Shown here: piece by piece, positions 36,723 to 49,400 of the stretch
Numbering within the stretch: position 1 is the first letter of the stretch
How the letters are laid out: each line of letters begins with the position of its first letter
Source of the DNA: Mobula hypostoma
Lineage: Eukaryota
Reading direction: 5' to 3'
Assembly: GCF_963921235.1 (NCBI RefSeq)
Contig: NC_086108.1
Coordinates: 107,076,001 to 107,140,000 of the forward strand
DNA: 64,000 nucleotides
Program-made: the position numbers and the translations under genes
Notes under the pieces: generated by a model
Told to the model about the DNA's origin: nothing
Seen by the model: only the letters and a program-made list of their open reading frames with translations
Database searches by the model: none

Positions 36723-37088
36723 CCAGCTGGTGATGCCGCTGGTTGGAATTCTCTCCACTGTAGAAATGTTCCGGTGTTTTTGCTGACACACTGAATCTCC
36801 TCAAACTCCAAATGAAATATAGCCGCTGTCATGCCTTCTTTGTAGTAGCATTCGTATGTTGGGTTCAGGATAGATCCTCAGAGATTTTGACAGCATGGAA
36901 TTTGGAATTGTCCATTATTTCTGTGCTGAACCATTTAAGCAGCCTAGTCCCATTGACCTGCACCTGGACCACAGTCTCCATGCCTCTCCCATCCATGTAC
37001 CTATCCAAACGCCCCTTAAATATTGAAATGGAAATCGTATCTACCACTTGCACTGGCTTGTTACACACTCTCAATACATTCTGAGTGA

Positions 37089-37262
37089 GCAGAAAATAAT
37101 CTGCAGATGCTGGGGTCAAAGCAACATGCACAACACGCCGGAGGAACTCAGCAGGTCGGGCAGCATCCGTGGAAACAAACAGTCAATGTTTCGGACCGAG
37201 ACCCTTCATCCTGACTGTTCCACAGATGCTGCCCGACCTGCTGAGTTCCTCCAGCGTGTTGT
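37089..37262. mobile_element. Fold-back Penelope-derived insertion
   Basis: 13-14 bp TSD (T)ACATTCTGAGTGA; inverted arms around a decayed hammerhead. Confidence 0.8.
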
Positions 37263-37889
37263 ACATTCTGAGTGAAGAAGTTTTCCCTCCTGTTCCTATG
37301 AAATGAACCATAGTAAATATTCTTCCTGGACACATCACGGCTCGAGATGGAAGCTGCCCTGCATGTGACTACAAAAGACTGCAGAGAGTGAGAGAGACAG
37401 CCCAGAGTATCACAGAAACCACCTTCATCCCAATGGACTCACGAGGTGCTGCACTACATTGCCTCCTCAGCCCCTGACTGGACTGTCTGTACACTCGTGA
37501 CTACATGGACAGATTCTGCTCAAGCGCCGTTTACAAATTTGCAGATGAGACCACTGTAGTGGGCCGTATCTCAACTGACAATGAGTTGTAGTACAAAGTT
37601 GAGACAGGGAGCTTAGAAGCATGGTGTCCTGGCAACAACCTGTTCCTCTATGTCAGCAAAACAAAAGAGATGATAACTATTGACTTCAGAGACTTCCAAT
37701 GATGGCCCTTTTGTGGTATTCAGCTGGGTATTCACCTCCTAATCTGTGGGCAGTCATCAACATTATGTGTCATATCATATGACATAGGTGAGCATGGCGT
37801 CACTCTTCTTTCTGACTTATTCTGAACTATGGGGGTCTTATTTTTATCTTTAACTGAAACATCGGTTTGTTTGTTACATGCCATGTCAT

Positions 37890-38240
37890 TAGACATGGGT
37901 GATCATGGCCTTTGGATGGCCACGATTACTCCTGGAAAGGTTTTCTACAGAAGCAGTTTGCCACTGCCTTCTTCTGGGCAGTATTTTACAAGAATAGTGA
38001 TCCCAGCCGTTATCAATACTCTTCAGAGATTTTCTGCCGGGCATCAATGGTTGCACAACCAGGGCTTATGATATGCACCAGCTGCTTCATACGACCATCC
38101 ACCACCTGCTCCTATGGCTTCATGGGGTGGCAGGGCGAAGCAGGTGTTACACCTTGCTCAAGGGTGACTTGCAGGCTACTGGAGGGGAGGAGGGCCTCAC
38201 ATCTCCTTTGGTAAAGACGTATCTCCATCCCATCACCCAT
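37890..38240 (-). mobile_element. RTE-derived non-autonomous short element
   Basis: Colinear with 4515-4861 and 31537-31890. Confidence 0.7.
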
Positions 38241-38749
38241 GTGGACAGTACCTAGTGTAACTAAAGCCCTACTCAGTGCAGGGAGCAACTTTGACAGCCA
38301 AGGACATCCTGTCAACAATCTGACTGGCTGTTAAAATCATCACTATTATGGAATGCCTAAGACATTTATCAACAACAAAGTCACTCTCGGCTGTCAGAAG
38401 TACAATTATGGCAGAAGTATTAAAGTAGTGAAAATATTTTCTTTAAGGTTACAGGTTCACAAGTGCACATGCACACACGGACACATATAGACATACATAT
38501 ATATATATATAGGGACATTGTACATATAGACATACTTAAAGATAAAAACTGTAAATATCACCTTATTTCACATTCAACTTTTAACCTCTAACTTTATTTT
38601 GATATAATTCTTATCCTTTATAATCATTAAATGTTGCTTTTTGTTGCATGTCACACCCTGACCAACACATCAGAGCAACAAATTCCTAATCTATGTAAAT
38701 GTACAATATATGGTAAATAAAGTTGATCCTTCAAAGTTCAAAATTTTTA

Positions 38750-39052
38750 TATAGGCATCCGTTAGTCTCGTGAGACCATGGATTTGCACCTTGGAGGGTT
38801 TCCAGGGCGCAGGCCTGGGCAAGGTTGTATGGAAGACCGACAGTTGCCAATGCTGCAAGTCTCCCCTCTCCACACCACCGATGTTGTTCAAGGGAAGGAC
38901 ACTAGGGCCGATACAGTTTGGCACCGGTGTCATCGCAGAGCAATGTGTGGTTAAGTGCCTTGCTCAAGGACACAACACGCTGCCTCAGCTGAAGCTCGAA
39001 CTAGCGACCTTCAGATCACTAGACCGATGCCTTAAACACTTGCCATGCACCA
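38750..39052 (-). mobile_element. tRNA-derived CORE-like SINE
   Basis: Reverse-complement copy of 32656-32984. Confidence 0.85.
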
Positions 39053-39339
39053 ACACATCAAAACTTTAAAGTACATTTTATTATCAAAGTATGCACACTT
39101 CATACAATCTTCAGATTTGTCTCCTCAAAGACAGCCACAAAACAAAGAACCCGAATAGAAATCATTAAAAACAAAAAAAAGACTATTGAACTCCCAGTGT
39201 GCAGAGAGAGGAAAAAAAACAAATTGTATGAACAATAAAGGCAAGCAAAGAGTACGCAGAACTGAACTACACAGAGCCAAGCATCACTGTAGCTGAGCCA
39301 GAGACCACTAGTTCCAGGCCACAACCTCAATTCTTCATA

Positions 39340-39650
39340 AACACATTATATACTGAACATAGACATGCAACGCACATAAAATAGACAAGCAAACAGGCAT
39401 TATCCCACAATCACATGTACACAGACACACACAAATAAAAACAGACATAAAGACATTCACACAGATATTAACCCACAATCTCCCTGCCCTCCTCTCTCTC
39501 TTTCTCTCTCTCTCACACACACACACACACATCTGGATGACACAAGCACACAGTGAATAACACACAAATACATACATACAGGCACATGCAGGCACACAGC
39601 TGCTTGTGCACAGATACATATACACAAACACGAACACGCACACATACGTA
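39340..39650. repeat. Degenerate (CA)n/(CT)n low-complexity tract
   Basis: Direct reading. Confidence 0.75.
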
Positions 39651-39659
39651 AAGGTGAAG

Positions 39660-40258
39660 ATGAGCACACCCCCCCCGCCCCAGGGCTGTGCGCTCAGTCC
39701 ACTGCTGTTCACTCTGCTGACCCACAACTGTGCTGTAACACACAGCTCGAACCACATCATCAAGTTCGCCGATGACACGAACATGGTGGGGCTCATCAGC
39801 AAGAACGATGAGTCAGCATACAGAGAGGAGGTGCAGCGGCTAATGGACCAGTGCAGAGCCAACAACCTGTCTCTGAATGTGAACAAGACAAAAGAGATGG
39901 TTGTTGACTTCAGGAGGACACGGAGCGACCACTCTCCGCTGAACATCGACAACTCCTCCGTAGAGATCGTTAAGGGCACCAAATTTCTTGGTGTTCACCT
40001 GGCGGAGAATCTCACCTGGTCCCTCAACACCAGCTCCACAGCAAAGAAAGCCCAGCAGCGTCTCTACTTTCTGCAAGGGCTGAGAAAAGTCCATCTCCCA
40101 CCCCCCATCCTCACCACATTCTACAGAGGTTGTATTGAGAGCATCCTGAGCAGCTGCATCACTGCCTGGTTCAGAAATTGCACCATCTCAGATCACAAGA
40201 CCCTGCAGCGGATAGTGAGGTCGGCTGAAAAGATCGTCGGGGTCTCTCTTCCCACGAT
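39660..40258 (+). mobile_element. Rex1/Babar-like LINE reverse transcriptase C-terminal fragment, frame open
   Basis: [54 protein letters not shown] motifs. Confidence 0.92.
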
Positions 40259-40785
40259 TATATATATACACATATATATAGGCAGGATGCCTAAGACTTT
40301 TGCTCTGTACTGTAGTAATTTTATGCACTGCACTGTACTGCTTCCACAAAAAAAATTATGTGAGTGATGATAAATGTGATTCCACTATGGGTCTCTATTG
40401 TGGACTGAGAGTGGAAAGGAGGCAGGGAGAGGGGAATCATGGCTTGGAAAAGGAGAAGGGAGAAGGAAGGGAGAAGGAAGGGAACAGGGAGCACCAAAGA
40501 GACATTCTGTAATGATCAATTAACCAATCATTTCAAATCAAATGACTTTGCCCATTGTCTCAGGGATAGGTGTGTCTGCTCGTGCTACCTCCACCACTGG
40601 CACTCTTTCTCTGCCACCTGCCCCACACCCCTCCTGCAGTGCTCCACCCTTGCCATTCCCAACAGATTTACAAACTCCCTCTCTGCTCCATATTGTCAAA
40701 TACAGTACTCTGCAAAAGTCTTAGGCACCCTAGCTATGTGTGTGTATATATATATATATGCACCTAATAATTTTGCACAGTTCTG
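40259..40785. mobile_element. Composite MITE, reverse copy of 18373-18912 with left end truncated
   Basis: Same cargo in reverse; hairpin CAGTACTCTGCAAAAGTCTTAGGCAC..TTTTGCACAGTTCTG followed by TA. Confidence 0.75.
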
Positions 40786-41899
40786 TACGTACACACACAC
40801 ACACACAATTTAAAACAATTAAAAATATTTTCTTCCATCTCTTCTAGCAACTAATTTCTCCCACATATTTCAGCATTATATGTGCTCAAGGTTAACCTTC
40901 CTCGGGCTCAGACCCCTGATACCTCAATGCTGCAGCCTTCCCTAAGGAACAGCTTGGTTTATCTGTGAGCATCTCAGCCGAGGGTTTGACACAACTCACA
41001 TGTGTAATTTTTGAACTTCTCTGCCTACAGCGGAGGAGGTTAAAGGGGAGATTTAATAGATGTGTTCAAAATCCTGTGCTGTGCGTTGTGACCTTGAACT
41101 AAGAGCAAGCTCATTGAAGTGAGTGGAAGAGACCTCATGTCAGGGAAAATACAACTTGAACTTGCTGTTCAATTTGATTCAAATAGGTAAATATTTTAAA
41201 TGATTTAATTTGAGTGTATGACATTTCTCACAGTTAAAACATGTATTAGTATTTTTATGCTTTGACCAGCTCAAGGAGACTTGGTCTGTCAATAACAACA
41301 CTCACAAATTTCTACAGATGCACTGTGGAGAGCATTTCTAACTGATTGCATCACTTCTTGGAATGGAAGGCCAATGTACTGGATTGGTAAAAGCTGCAGA
41401 GAGTTGAAGACTCAGCCAGCTCCTTCGTGGGCACGGGCCTCCCCAGCATTCAGGATATCATCAAAAAGCGATGCCTTAGAAAGGTGGCATCCGTCATTAA
41501 GGGCCCCCATGACCCAGGACATGCCCTCTTCTCATTGCTACCATCAAGAAGGAGGTACACACACACACAGCATCTTAGGAACAGTTTCTTCCCCTCCGTC
41601 GTCAGATTTCTGAATGAACAATGAACCCATGGATACTACCTCACTATTTCTTTTTGCTCTCTTTTTGCACTACCCATTTAATGTAATTTTGTAAAATATA
41701 TTTTTCATTGTAATTAATAGCTTTTTTATATACGGTACATGGCAATATACTGCTACCACAAAGCAACATATTACATGACATATGCCAGTGATATTAAACA
41801 TGATTCTGATTCTTATTCAGCGTAAGTTTCTTTGCTGCTGAATGAATCATAGAGCACTACAGCACAGGAACAGGCTCTCTGCCTCATCTAGTCTGTGCC

Positions 41900-42128
41900 T
41901 GTGGTAAACCATATATACGTTGTAACTGGGTTAACTGTCTGGACACGCCCCTCTGCTGACTGCCCCTGTGGCTCCTCCCATAGATACCTGAATAAAGGTG
42001 ATTTCACGTTGCCCCTCCCCCTCAGTCCAGGGGCAGACACTCAGCATGGAGGTCGTATTGTACAGCGAATAAAAGCCTTTCAGTATTTTACCCAACTTCA
42101 GTCTTTTGGAGTTATTGAAGGTGCTTCA
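41900..42128 (+). mobile_element. Short solo LTR (229 bp)
   Basis: TG...CA termini; exact 5 bp TSD GTGCC; AATAAA; same family as 60246-60473. Confidence 0.88.
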
Positions 42129-42970
42129 GTGCCAAGCTGTTACTCTCCCTAGTCCAAATGACTCACATCTGGACCATAATGCTCCACACCTTCCAATCCA
42201 TGTACCTATCCAAACTTCTCTTAAGTGTTGAAATTGATCCTGCATCTGCCACATCCGCTGGCCACTCATTCCACACTCCCACCACCCTCTGAGTGAAGAA
42301 GTTCCTGCTTAGTTTCTCATAAATCATGTCACCTTTCATGGAGCAGACCACCAATTCATCCCATCAACAACCTCCCGCTTACAATAATGCCTCAAAACTT
42401 TCACTTTACTTCCATTCTCACTAACTACCCCCAGATTCTGCCATTTCCCTAAAAAGGGGCAAATTAACTGAACAGCCACCTGGTCTCTGGGGTGTGGGAG
42501 GAAATTGGAGAAGCCAGAGGAAACCCATACTGTCATAGGGGATCCAACCACTAAGCAAATCTTTCTCCCTCTGCTTTCCACAGGGATCCCTCTCTTCCCT
42601 TGAGGAGGTTCACGAGAATGAAAGAATTAATGCCTGAGGAGTGTTTGGTGGCTATAGGCCTTTACTAGCTGGAGTTTAGAAGAATGTGGGGGGAATCTTA
42701 TTAAAAACTATTGAATATTGAAAGACCTGGATAGAATGGACATAGAGCGGATGTTTCCTGTAGTAGGGGATTCTTGGTCCAGAGGGCACAGCCTCAGAAT
42801 AGAAGGGTGTCCACTTTAAGCAGAGATTGACAGAATCTTGATTAGCAAGGGCATTAATGATTATGGGGAGAAGGCAGGAGAGTGGGTTTGAAAGGGATAA
42901 TAAATCAGCCATGATGGAATGGTGGAGCAGAGTCAATGGACCATGAGAAGTACTGCACGCTGCTCCTAGA

Positions 42971-43790
42971 TCCCCTCCCTCCACACCACTCAGGGCCACA
43001 AACAGTCTTTCCAGGTGAGGTGACACGCCACGAGAAAGGCTGTCAGGGTCACTTATTGTACCCAGCGGCCCTGGTGCGGCCTCTTGCACTTCAGTGAGAC
43101 CCGACGTAGGTTGGGGGACCACTTCGTTGAGAACAGTCGCTCTGTTGGCCGTGAAAGGTGGGACTTCCTGGTGGCCACCCACTTCAATTCAACTTCCGAT
43201 TAACGTTCTGACATGTTGGTTCCTGGCCTCCTCTACTGCCACGATGAGGCCACCTCATAGTCTGTGTGGGTAACCTTCACCCTGTTAGCATGAAAATCAA
43301 GTTCTAGAACTTCCGGCATTTCTCCCCACTTCCCCCTTCCTTTTTTATTCCATTCCCCATTCTGGCTTCCCTCTGATGCCATCTCCTCTCCTCATCTACC
43401 CATCTCCTCTCTCTGGGTTCCCTCCTCCTCCCCTTTTTCCCATGGTCCACTCTCCTCTCCTATCATATTTCTTCTTCCTCAGCCCTTTACCTTCTCTCCA
43501 CCTATCACTTCAACACACACATAATGCTGGGGGAGCTCAGCAGGCTAGGCAGCATCTATGGAAAAGAGTACAGTCGACATTTCGGACTGGTTCTCCACCT
43601 ATCACCTCCCAGCTTCTTACATCATCCTCCTCCACTTCCCACCCACCTTCCCCCTCACCAGATCTCACCTGTCACCTGCCAGCTTGTACTCCTTCTCCTT
43701 CCTCCCCCGCCCCCACCTTATTGTGGCTTCTGTCCCTTTCCTTTCTAGTCCTCAACATCAACTGTTTGTTACCCTCTATAGATGCCGCCT
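42971..43790 (+). mobile_element. Penelope-like element 3' part: decayed GIY-YIG endonuclease plus 3' region
   Basis: Remnants of KQSFQVR, CGLLxxxETRRRLG and VATHFNSTS; pyrimidine-rich 3' region; nested PLE piece with TSD TCTCCACCTATCAC (43495-43508, 43592-43605). Confidence 0.8.
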
Positions 43791-44722
43791 GACAGGTGTG
43801 GTGAATCTGTGGAATTCATTGCCACAGATAGCTATAAAGGGGAAGTCACTGAGTATGTTTAAAGCAAAGGTGATAGTTTCTTGATTAGTGAATGTGTCAA
43901 AGGTCATGGGGAGAGGGAGAATGGCTTTGGAAGGGATAATGAATTATCCATGATCCAGTGGTAAAGCACACTCGATGGACCGAAAGGCCTATGGTCTTAT
44001 ACTTTGCGGTGTTTCTCCAGCATTTTGTGTCTACTGCACCTGAAGGAAGAAAATGGATCTGAAGGTGATATATAGTAACATATGCGTATTTCGACAATAA
44101 ATTTACTTCGACTTTGAATGTTCAAACTCCACAAAGACGGAAGCACAGGTCAGGGTTGAACCCAGGTCTCTGGTGCTGTGAAGTGGTGCACTGCCCTGCC
44201 ACTTAAATCATACCCAAAGAGCAACACACACAAAACGCTGGAGGAACTCAGCAGGCCAGGCAGCATTTAGGAAAAGAGTACAGTCGACATTTCAGACCGA
44301 GACTTTTCAGAAAGCCTTGATGTGCTGACTGAATGGGGAAGAGTTGGGAAAGCAATCATTCGCCTCATCCAAGGTGACTTTGGAGATGTTTGAAAATGTT
44401 TCAGTCAAGTCCCAGGCACTGATCTTTACTGCTTCTCGCTACAAGCTTGGCAGAGGATGGCAGAAGACAGCATGAGGCAACTTGCCAACCTCCCATTCCT
44501 CATAAGTGCACAGGCGTGCTTGTCACCTTCCATTTCACTGTGCCATCTTGGCATTCACTCAGCTGTTTATGTTCACCAGTAAATAGGTCAGGCATCCCTG
44601 GTTCGTCCCCAGCTAATGAACGGTAGCCAATTCTGAGCAGCTCCCTCTTGGAAGGAAGTTGAAGGCTTAAAGTTGGTGCAGGGAAAACTTTATGGATAGG
44701 TGCAGGAGGAAGTCATTGGCTT

Positions 44723-45040
44723 TGTTACTAGATGCTCCCAACCGCACCAGCTTCTGGGATTTAGATGCTCGACCTCTCCAGAGTATGGATAGCTGGCACG
44801 CCCCTTTAAGGGTTCAGGACTGTTCTGCTAAGTGGCATTCATGTTTTGGGTGCCAAGAATTGAGTATTTAAAGAGCACTTGAACTGAGGGCCAGTGCTTA
44901 ATTGTAAGCCCCGCTAGTGATATTGTCTTGTGTTTGTTTTGTGCTCAGTTCTCCATCCAGTTTGAAACTGTGTCTCAATCCTTGCGTCAGATGCTCCAAT
45001 GTTTGGGTCTAAACCATCCTTGTCAAGGACTTTTGTCACA
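44723..45040. mobile_element. Probable old solo LTR
   Basis: TGTTAC...GTCACA termini; TATTTAA box; imperfect flanks GGCTT/GGTTC. Confidence 0.45.
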
Positions 45041-45840
45041 GGTTCGAGCAACACCCACGGGGAAGCGGGGAAGGGGGAAGGCATAGTCGATGTTCCATGC
45101 TAAGACTCCGCATCAGGACAGAATGTTGAGGGGGAGGTTACTCATGTAAAGACAAACCAAAATTAGAATCCTATTCATTATCACTGACTTATGTGAGCTG
45201 AAATTGGTTGTTTTGTTGCAGAGAGTACAGATCAAAATCATAAAAACTGCAATCAATTATGAAATAAGTAAATAGTGCAAAAAAAAAGTATGACAAGGTA
45301 GTGTTTATGTATTCATGGACTGTACAGAAATCCGATGGTGAGGGGAAGAAGCAGTTTCTGAGCTGCTGAGTGTGGGTGTTCAGGTCCCTGTACCTCTCCC
45401 CTGGTGGTAGTAATGAGAAGAGGGCATGTCCCAGATGTTGAGGACACTTAGTGATGGCTGCCACCTTGAGGCACCACCTTATGTAGACGCCCTTGGTGGT
45501 GGAGATGGTTGTGGCCTTGATGGAGTGGGCTGAGGCTACAATACTGCGGCCTCTTGCGATCCCGTGTGTTGGAGCCTCTCTACCAGCCTGTGATGCGACC
45601 AGTCTGGATGCTCTCCACTGTACATCTGTGGAATACCTTCTCAGGAGTGGCGGGAGAGGCAGAAACATTAGAGATGTTTAAGAAACTCTTAGATAAGCAG
45701 AGTGATGATAGAAAAATGAGGGAATATGTAGGAATGAAGGGTTGGATTGATCTTAGAGTAGGTTAAAAGGAATGCACAACATCATTGACCAAATGGTCAT
45801 ACTGTGCTGTAATGTTCAATGCTCTAGGTTCTACCCCCTT

Positions 45841-46385
45841 AAGACCATAAGACATAGGAGCAGAATTAGGCCATTCGGCCCATCAAGTCTCACTGCCATC
45901 CATTATGGCTGATTTAATATCCCTCCCAACCCCAAGCTCCAGGTTTCTCTGTGTAATCTTTGATGCTCTTATTAATCAAGAACCCATCAGTCCTGAAATA
46001 TCTGAATGACTTGGCCTCCACAGCCATCTGTATAATGACTTCCACAGATTCACCACCCTCTGGTTAAGTATATTCCTCCTCTTCTCTGTTCAAAATATAT
46101 GTCTAAATGGACATCCTTCTGTTCTGGTGGTATGTCATCTGTTCCTAGACTCACCCACTACAGGAAACATCCTCTCCACATCCTCGCCTTTCAATATTTG
46201 ATAACTTTCGATGAGATCCCCCCTCATTCTTCTAAACTCCAGTGAGTACAGGCCCAGAGCCATCAAAATGCATCTCACATATTAACCTATTCATTCCTGG
46301 AGTCATTCTTTTGAACCACTTCTGGACCATCTCTAATGACAGCATATCCTTTCTTAGATAAGGGGCCTGTAAACTGTTCATAATC
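45841..46385 (-). mobile_element. CR1 3' fragment
   Basis: (TAAGACCA) tail in reverse and C-terminal motifs. Confidence 0.85.
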
Positions 46386-46472
46386 AGGGGGCTCAATGAC
46401 CAAGCCATCAGAAGTGTGGCAATAATCCGGGCACAGAGTCATCAGGTGACAGAACGGGCAGTTTATAAAACC

Positions 46473-49400
46473 AAAAGACCATAATGTGTAGGAGCAGGGC
46501 CAGAACCATCAAATGCTCTTCATATGACAAGGCATTCAATCCTGGAACATACATCAAAGTTGCTGGTGAACGCAGCAGGCCAAGCAGTATCTATAGGAAG
46601 AGGCGCAGTCGACGTTTCAGGCCGAGACCCTTCATCAGGACTAACTGAAAGAAGAGTGAGTAAGGGATTTGAAAGCTGGAGGGGGAGGGGGAAATGCAAA
46701 ATGATAGGAGAAGACAGGAGGGGGAGGGATAGAGCCGAGAGCTGGACAGTCAATCCTGGAATCATTTTTGTGAACCCACCCCCCCCGCTTGCACCCTCTC
46801 CAGTTCAGCACATCTTTTCTAAGGTAAGGGGCCCAAGACTGCTTAGAATACTCCAAATGGGGCCCCACCAGTGCTTCATAAATTCTCAACATTACATCTT
46901 GCTTTTATATTCTATTCATCTTGGAATGAATGTTACAATGCATTTGTCTTCCTCACTGCAGACTCAACCGGCAAATTAACCTTTAGGGAATCTTTCACAA
47001 GGACTCCCAAGTCCCTTTGCACCTCATATTTTTGTATTTTCTCTCCATTTAGAATATAGTCAATCCCTTTACTTCTTTTATCAAAGTGCATAACTATACA
47101 CTTCCCAACACTGTATTCCATCTACCACTTCTTTGTCCTTTCCCTTTATCTGTCTAAGTCCTGTAGCCTCTCTATTTCCTCAGAGCCACCTGCTCCTCCA
47201 CCTATCTTCATATCATCTGCAAACTTTGCAACAATGCCATCAATTCCATTCTCCAAATCATTGTCATACAACGTAAAAAGAATCGGTCCCAACACAGACT
47301 CCTGTGGAACACCACTAGTCACTGCCAACCAGTCAGAAAAAGCTCCCTTCATTCCCATTCTTGGCTTTCTGCTAATCAGCCACTGCTTTATCCATGCTAG
47401 AATCTTTCCTGTGGCATCTTGTCAAAGGCCTTATGAAAATCCAAGTACACAAAAACATCAACTGAATCTCTTTTGTCTATCCTGTTGTTTATTTCTTCAA
47501 AGAATTCCAACAGATTCGTCAGGCATGATTTTTCCTTGAGGAGACAATACTCACTACAGGCTATTTTATCATGTGCTCCAAGTACCCCAAAACAACATCC
47601 TTAACAATTGACTCCAACATCTACTGAGGTCAGACTGACTGGCCTATAATTTCCTTGCTTCTGCCTGTCTCTCTTCTTGAAGAGTGGAGTGACAATTGCC
47701 ATTTTTCAGTTTTCTGGAACCATTCCAGGATCTAGTGATTCTTGAAAGATCATTACTAATGCCTCCACAATCTTTTCAGCTACCTCTTTCAGAACTCTGG
47801 GGTGTACACCATCTGGTCCAGGTGACTTATCTACCTTCAAAGCTTTCAATTTTTCAAGAACTTTCTCCCAAGAAATGGTAACTTCACACACTTTATGATC
47901 CTTGACACCTGGAATTTCCACCATACTGCTAGTGTCTTCCACAGTGAAGACTGATGCAAAATATTTCTTCTGTTTGTCCACCATTTGATTGTCCTCCATT
48001 ACTACCTCTCCAGCATCATTTTCTAACAGTCCGATATCCACTCTCACCTCTCTTTTACATTTTACATATCTGAAGAAACTTTTGGTATCCTCTTTAATAT
48101 TATTGGCCAGCTTACTTTCATATTTTATCTTTACCCTCTTAATGACTTTTTAGTTACCTTCTGTTGGTATTTGAAAGCTTCCCAGTCCTCTAACTTCCCA
48201 CTAATTTTTGCTCTATTATATGCCCTCTCTTTTGGTTTTATGTTGACTTTGACTTCTTTTATTAGCCATGGTTGGCTTTAGAATACTTCTTCTCCTTTGG
48301 GATGTATATATCCTGTGCCTCCCAAATTGTTTCAAGAAATTCTAGCCATTCCTGCTCTGATGTCATCGCTGCCAATGTTCTTTTCCGATCAATTCTGGCC
48401 ATCTCCTTCCTCATGCCTCTGTAATTCCCTTTATTTCACTGTAATACTGATACATCTGACTTTAGCCTCTCCTCAAATTTCAGGGTGAATTTGATCATAT
48501 CATGATTACTTACCACTAAGATTCTTTTACCTTAAGCTCTCTAATCCATTCCGGTTCATTGTACAATATCCAATCCAGAATAACTGATCCTTTAGTGGGC
48601 TCAAGCACGAACTGCTCTAAAAATCCATCTCATAGGCATTTTAGAAATTACCCCTCTTGGAATCCCGCACCAACCTGATTTTCCCAATCAGCATACTGAA
48701 GTCCCCCATGATCATTGTGACATTGCCCCTTTGGCATGCATTTTCTCTCTCTCATTCTAACTTGTAGAGGACATCCTTACTAATGTTAGGCGGTCTGCAT
48801 ATCATTCTCATCTGAGTCTTTTTACTTTTGCAGTTCATTAGATCTATCCACAACGATTCAACACCTTTCAACCCAATGTTATCTCTTTGTAATATTTTAA
48901 TTTCATTTTTTTTAACCAACCGAAGCCACACCACCTCCTCTACCTTCTTGCCTACCCTTGTGAAACAATGTGTATCCTTGGACACTTAGCTCCCAGCTTT
49001 CATCTTCTTTCAGCCATGATTCGGTGATGCCTACAACATCATATTTACCAATTTGTAACTGTGCTACAAGTTCATCAACCTTATTCTGTATACTGAGCGC
49101 ATTCAAATATAACACCTTTAGTCCTGTATTCCCCCATTCGATTTTGTCAGCTTTTTACCTTGCAAATCATCCTGTTGGTTAATTTTGCCCTATTAGCACC
49201 CTCTCCCCGCTAGTTGTCTCACTACACATTACCTCTGTAACCCAACTAACTCATCTTCAGCACTATCACTCTCGTTCCCATCTTCCTGCCAAACTAGTCT
49301 AAACCACCTGAACAACTCCAGCCAACCTGCTCGCAAGGATATTCAGGTTCATGTGGAACCTGACTCTTTTATACAGGTCATACCTTCCCCAGAAGAGACC

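Noticed and set aside
35953..36832. Gly-rich and Pro/His-rich ORFs of 265-288 aa in several frames
   Set aside because: By-product of a stop-free minisatellite that is open in multiple frames on both strands
44515..44542. V(D)J recombination signal (minus-strand CACAGTG + 12 bp + ACAAGCACG)
   Set aside because: The nonamer matches only 6/9, the paralogous copy lacks it, and there is no V, D or J coding motif
44500..44596. Short ORF shared by the duplicated module (MPDLFTGEHKQLSECQDGTVKWK / MSDLFSGEHQRLFECQDGTVKWK)
   Set aside because: Differences are mostly amino-acid changing and the stop positions differ, so there is no coding signature
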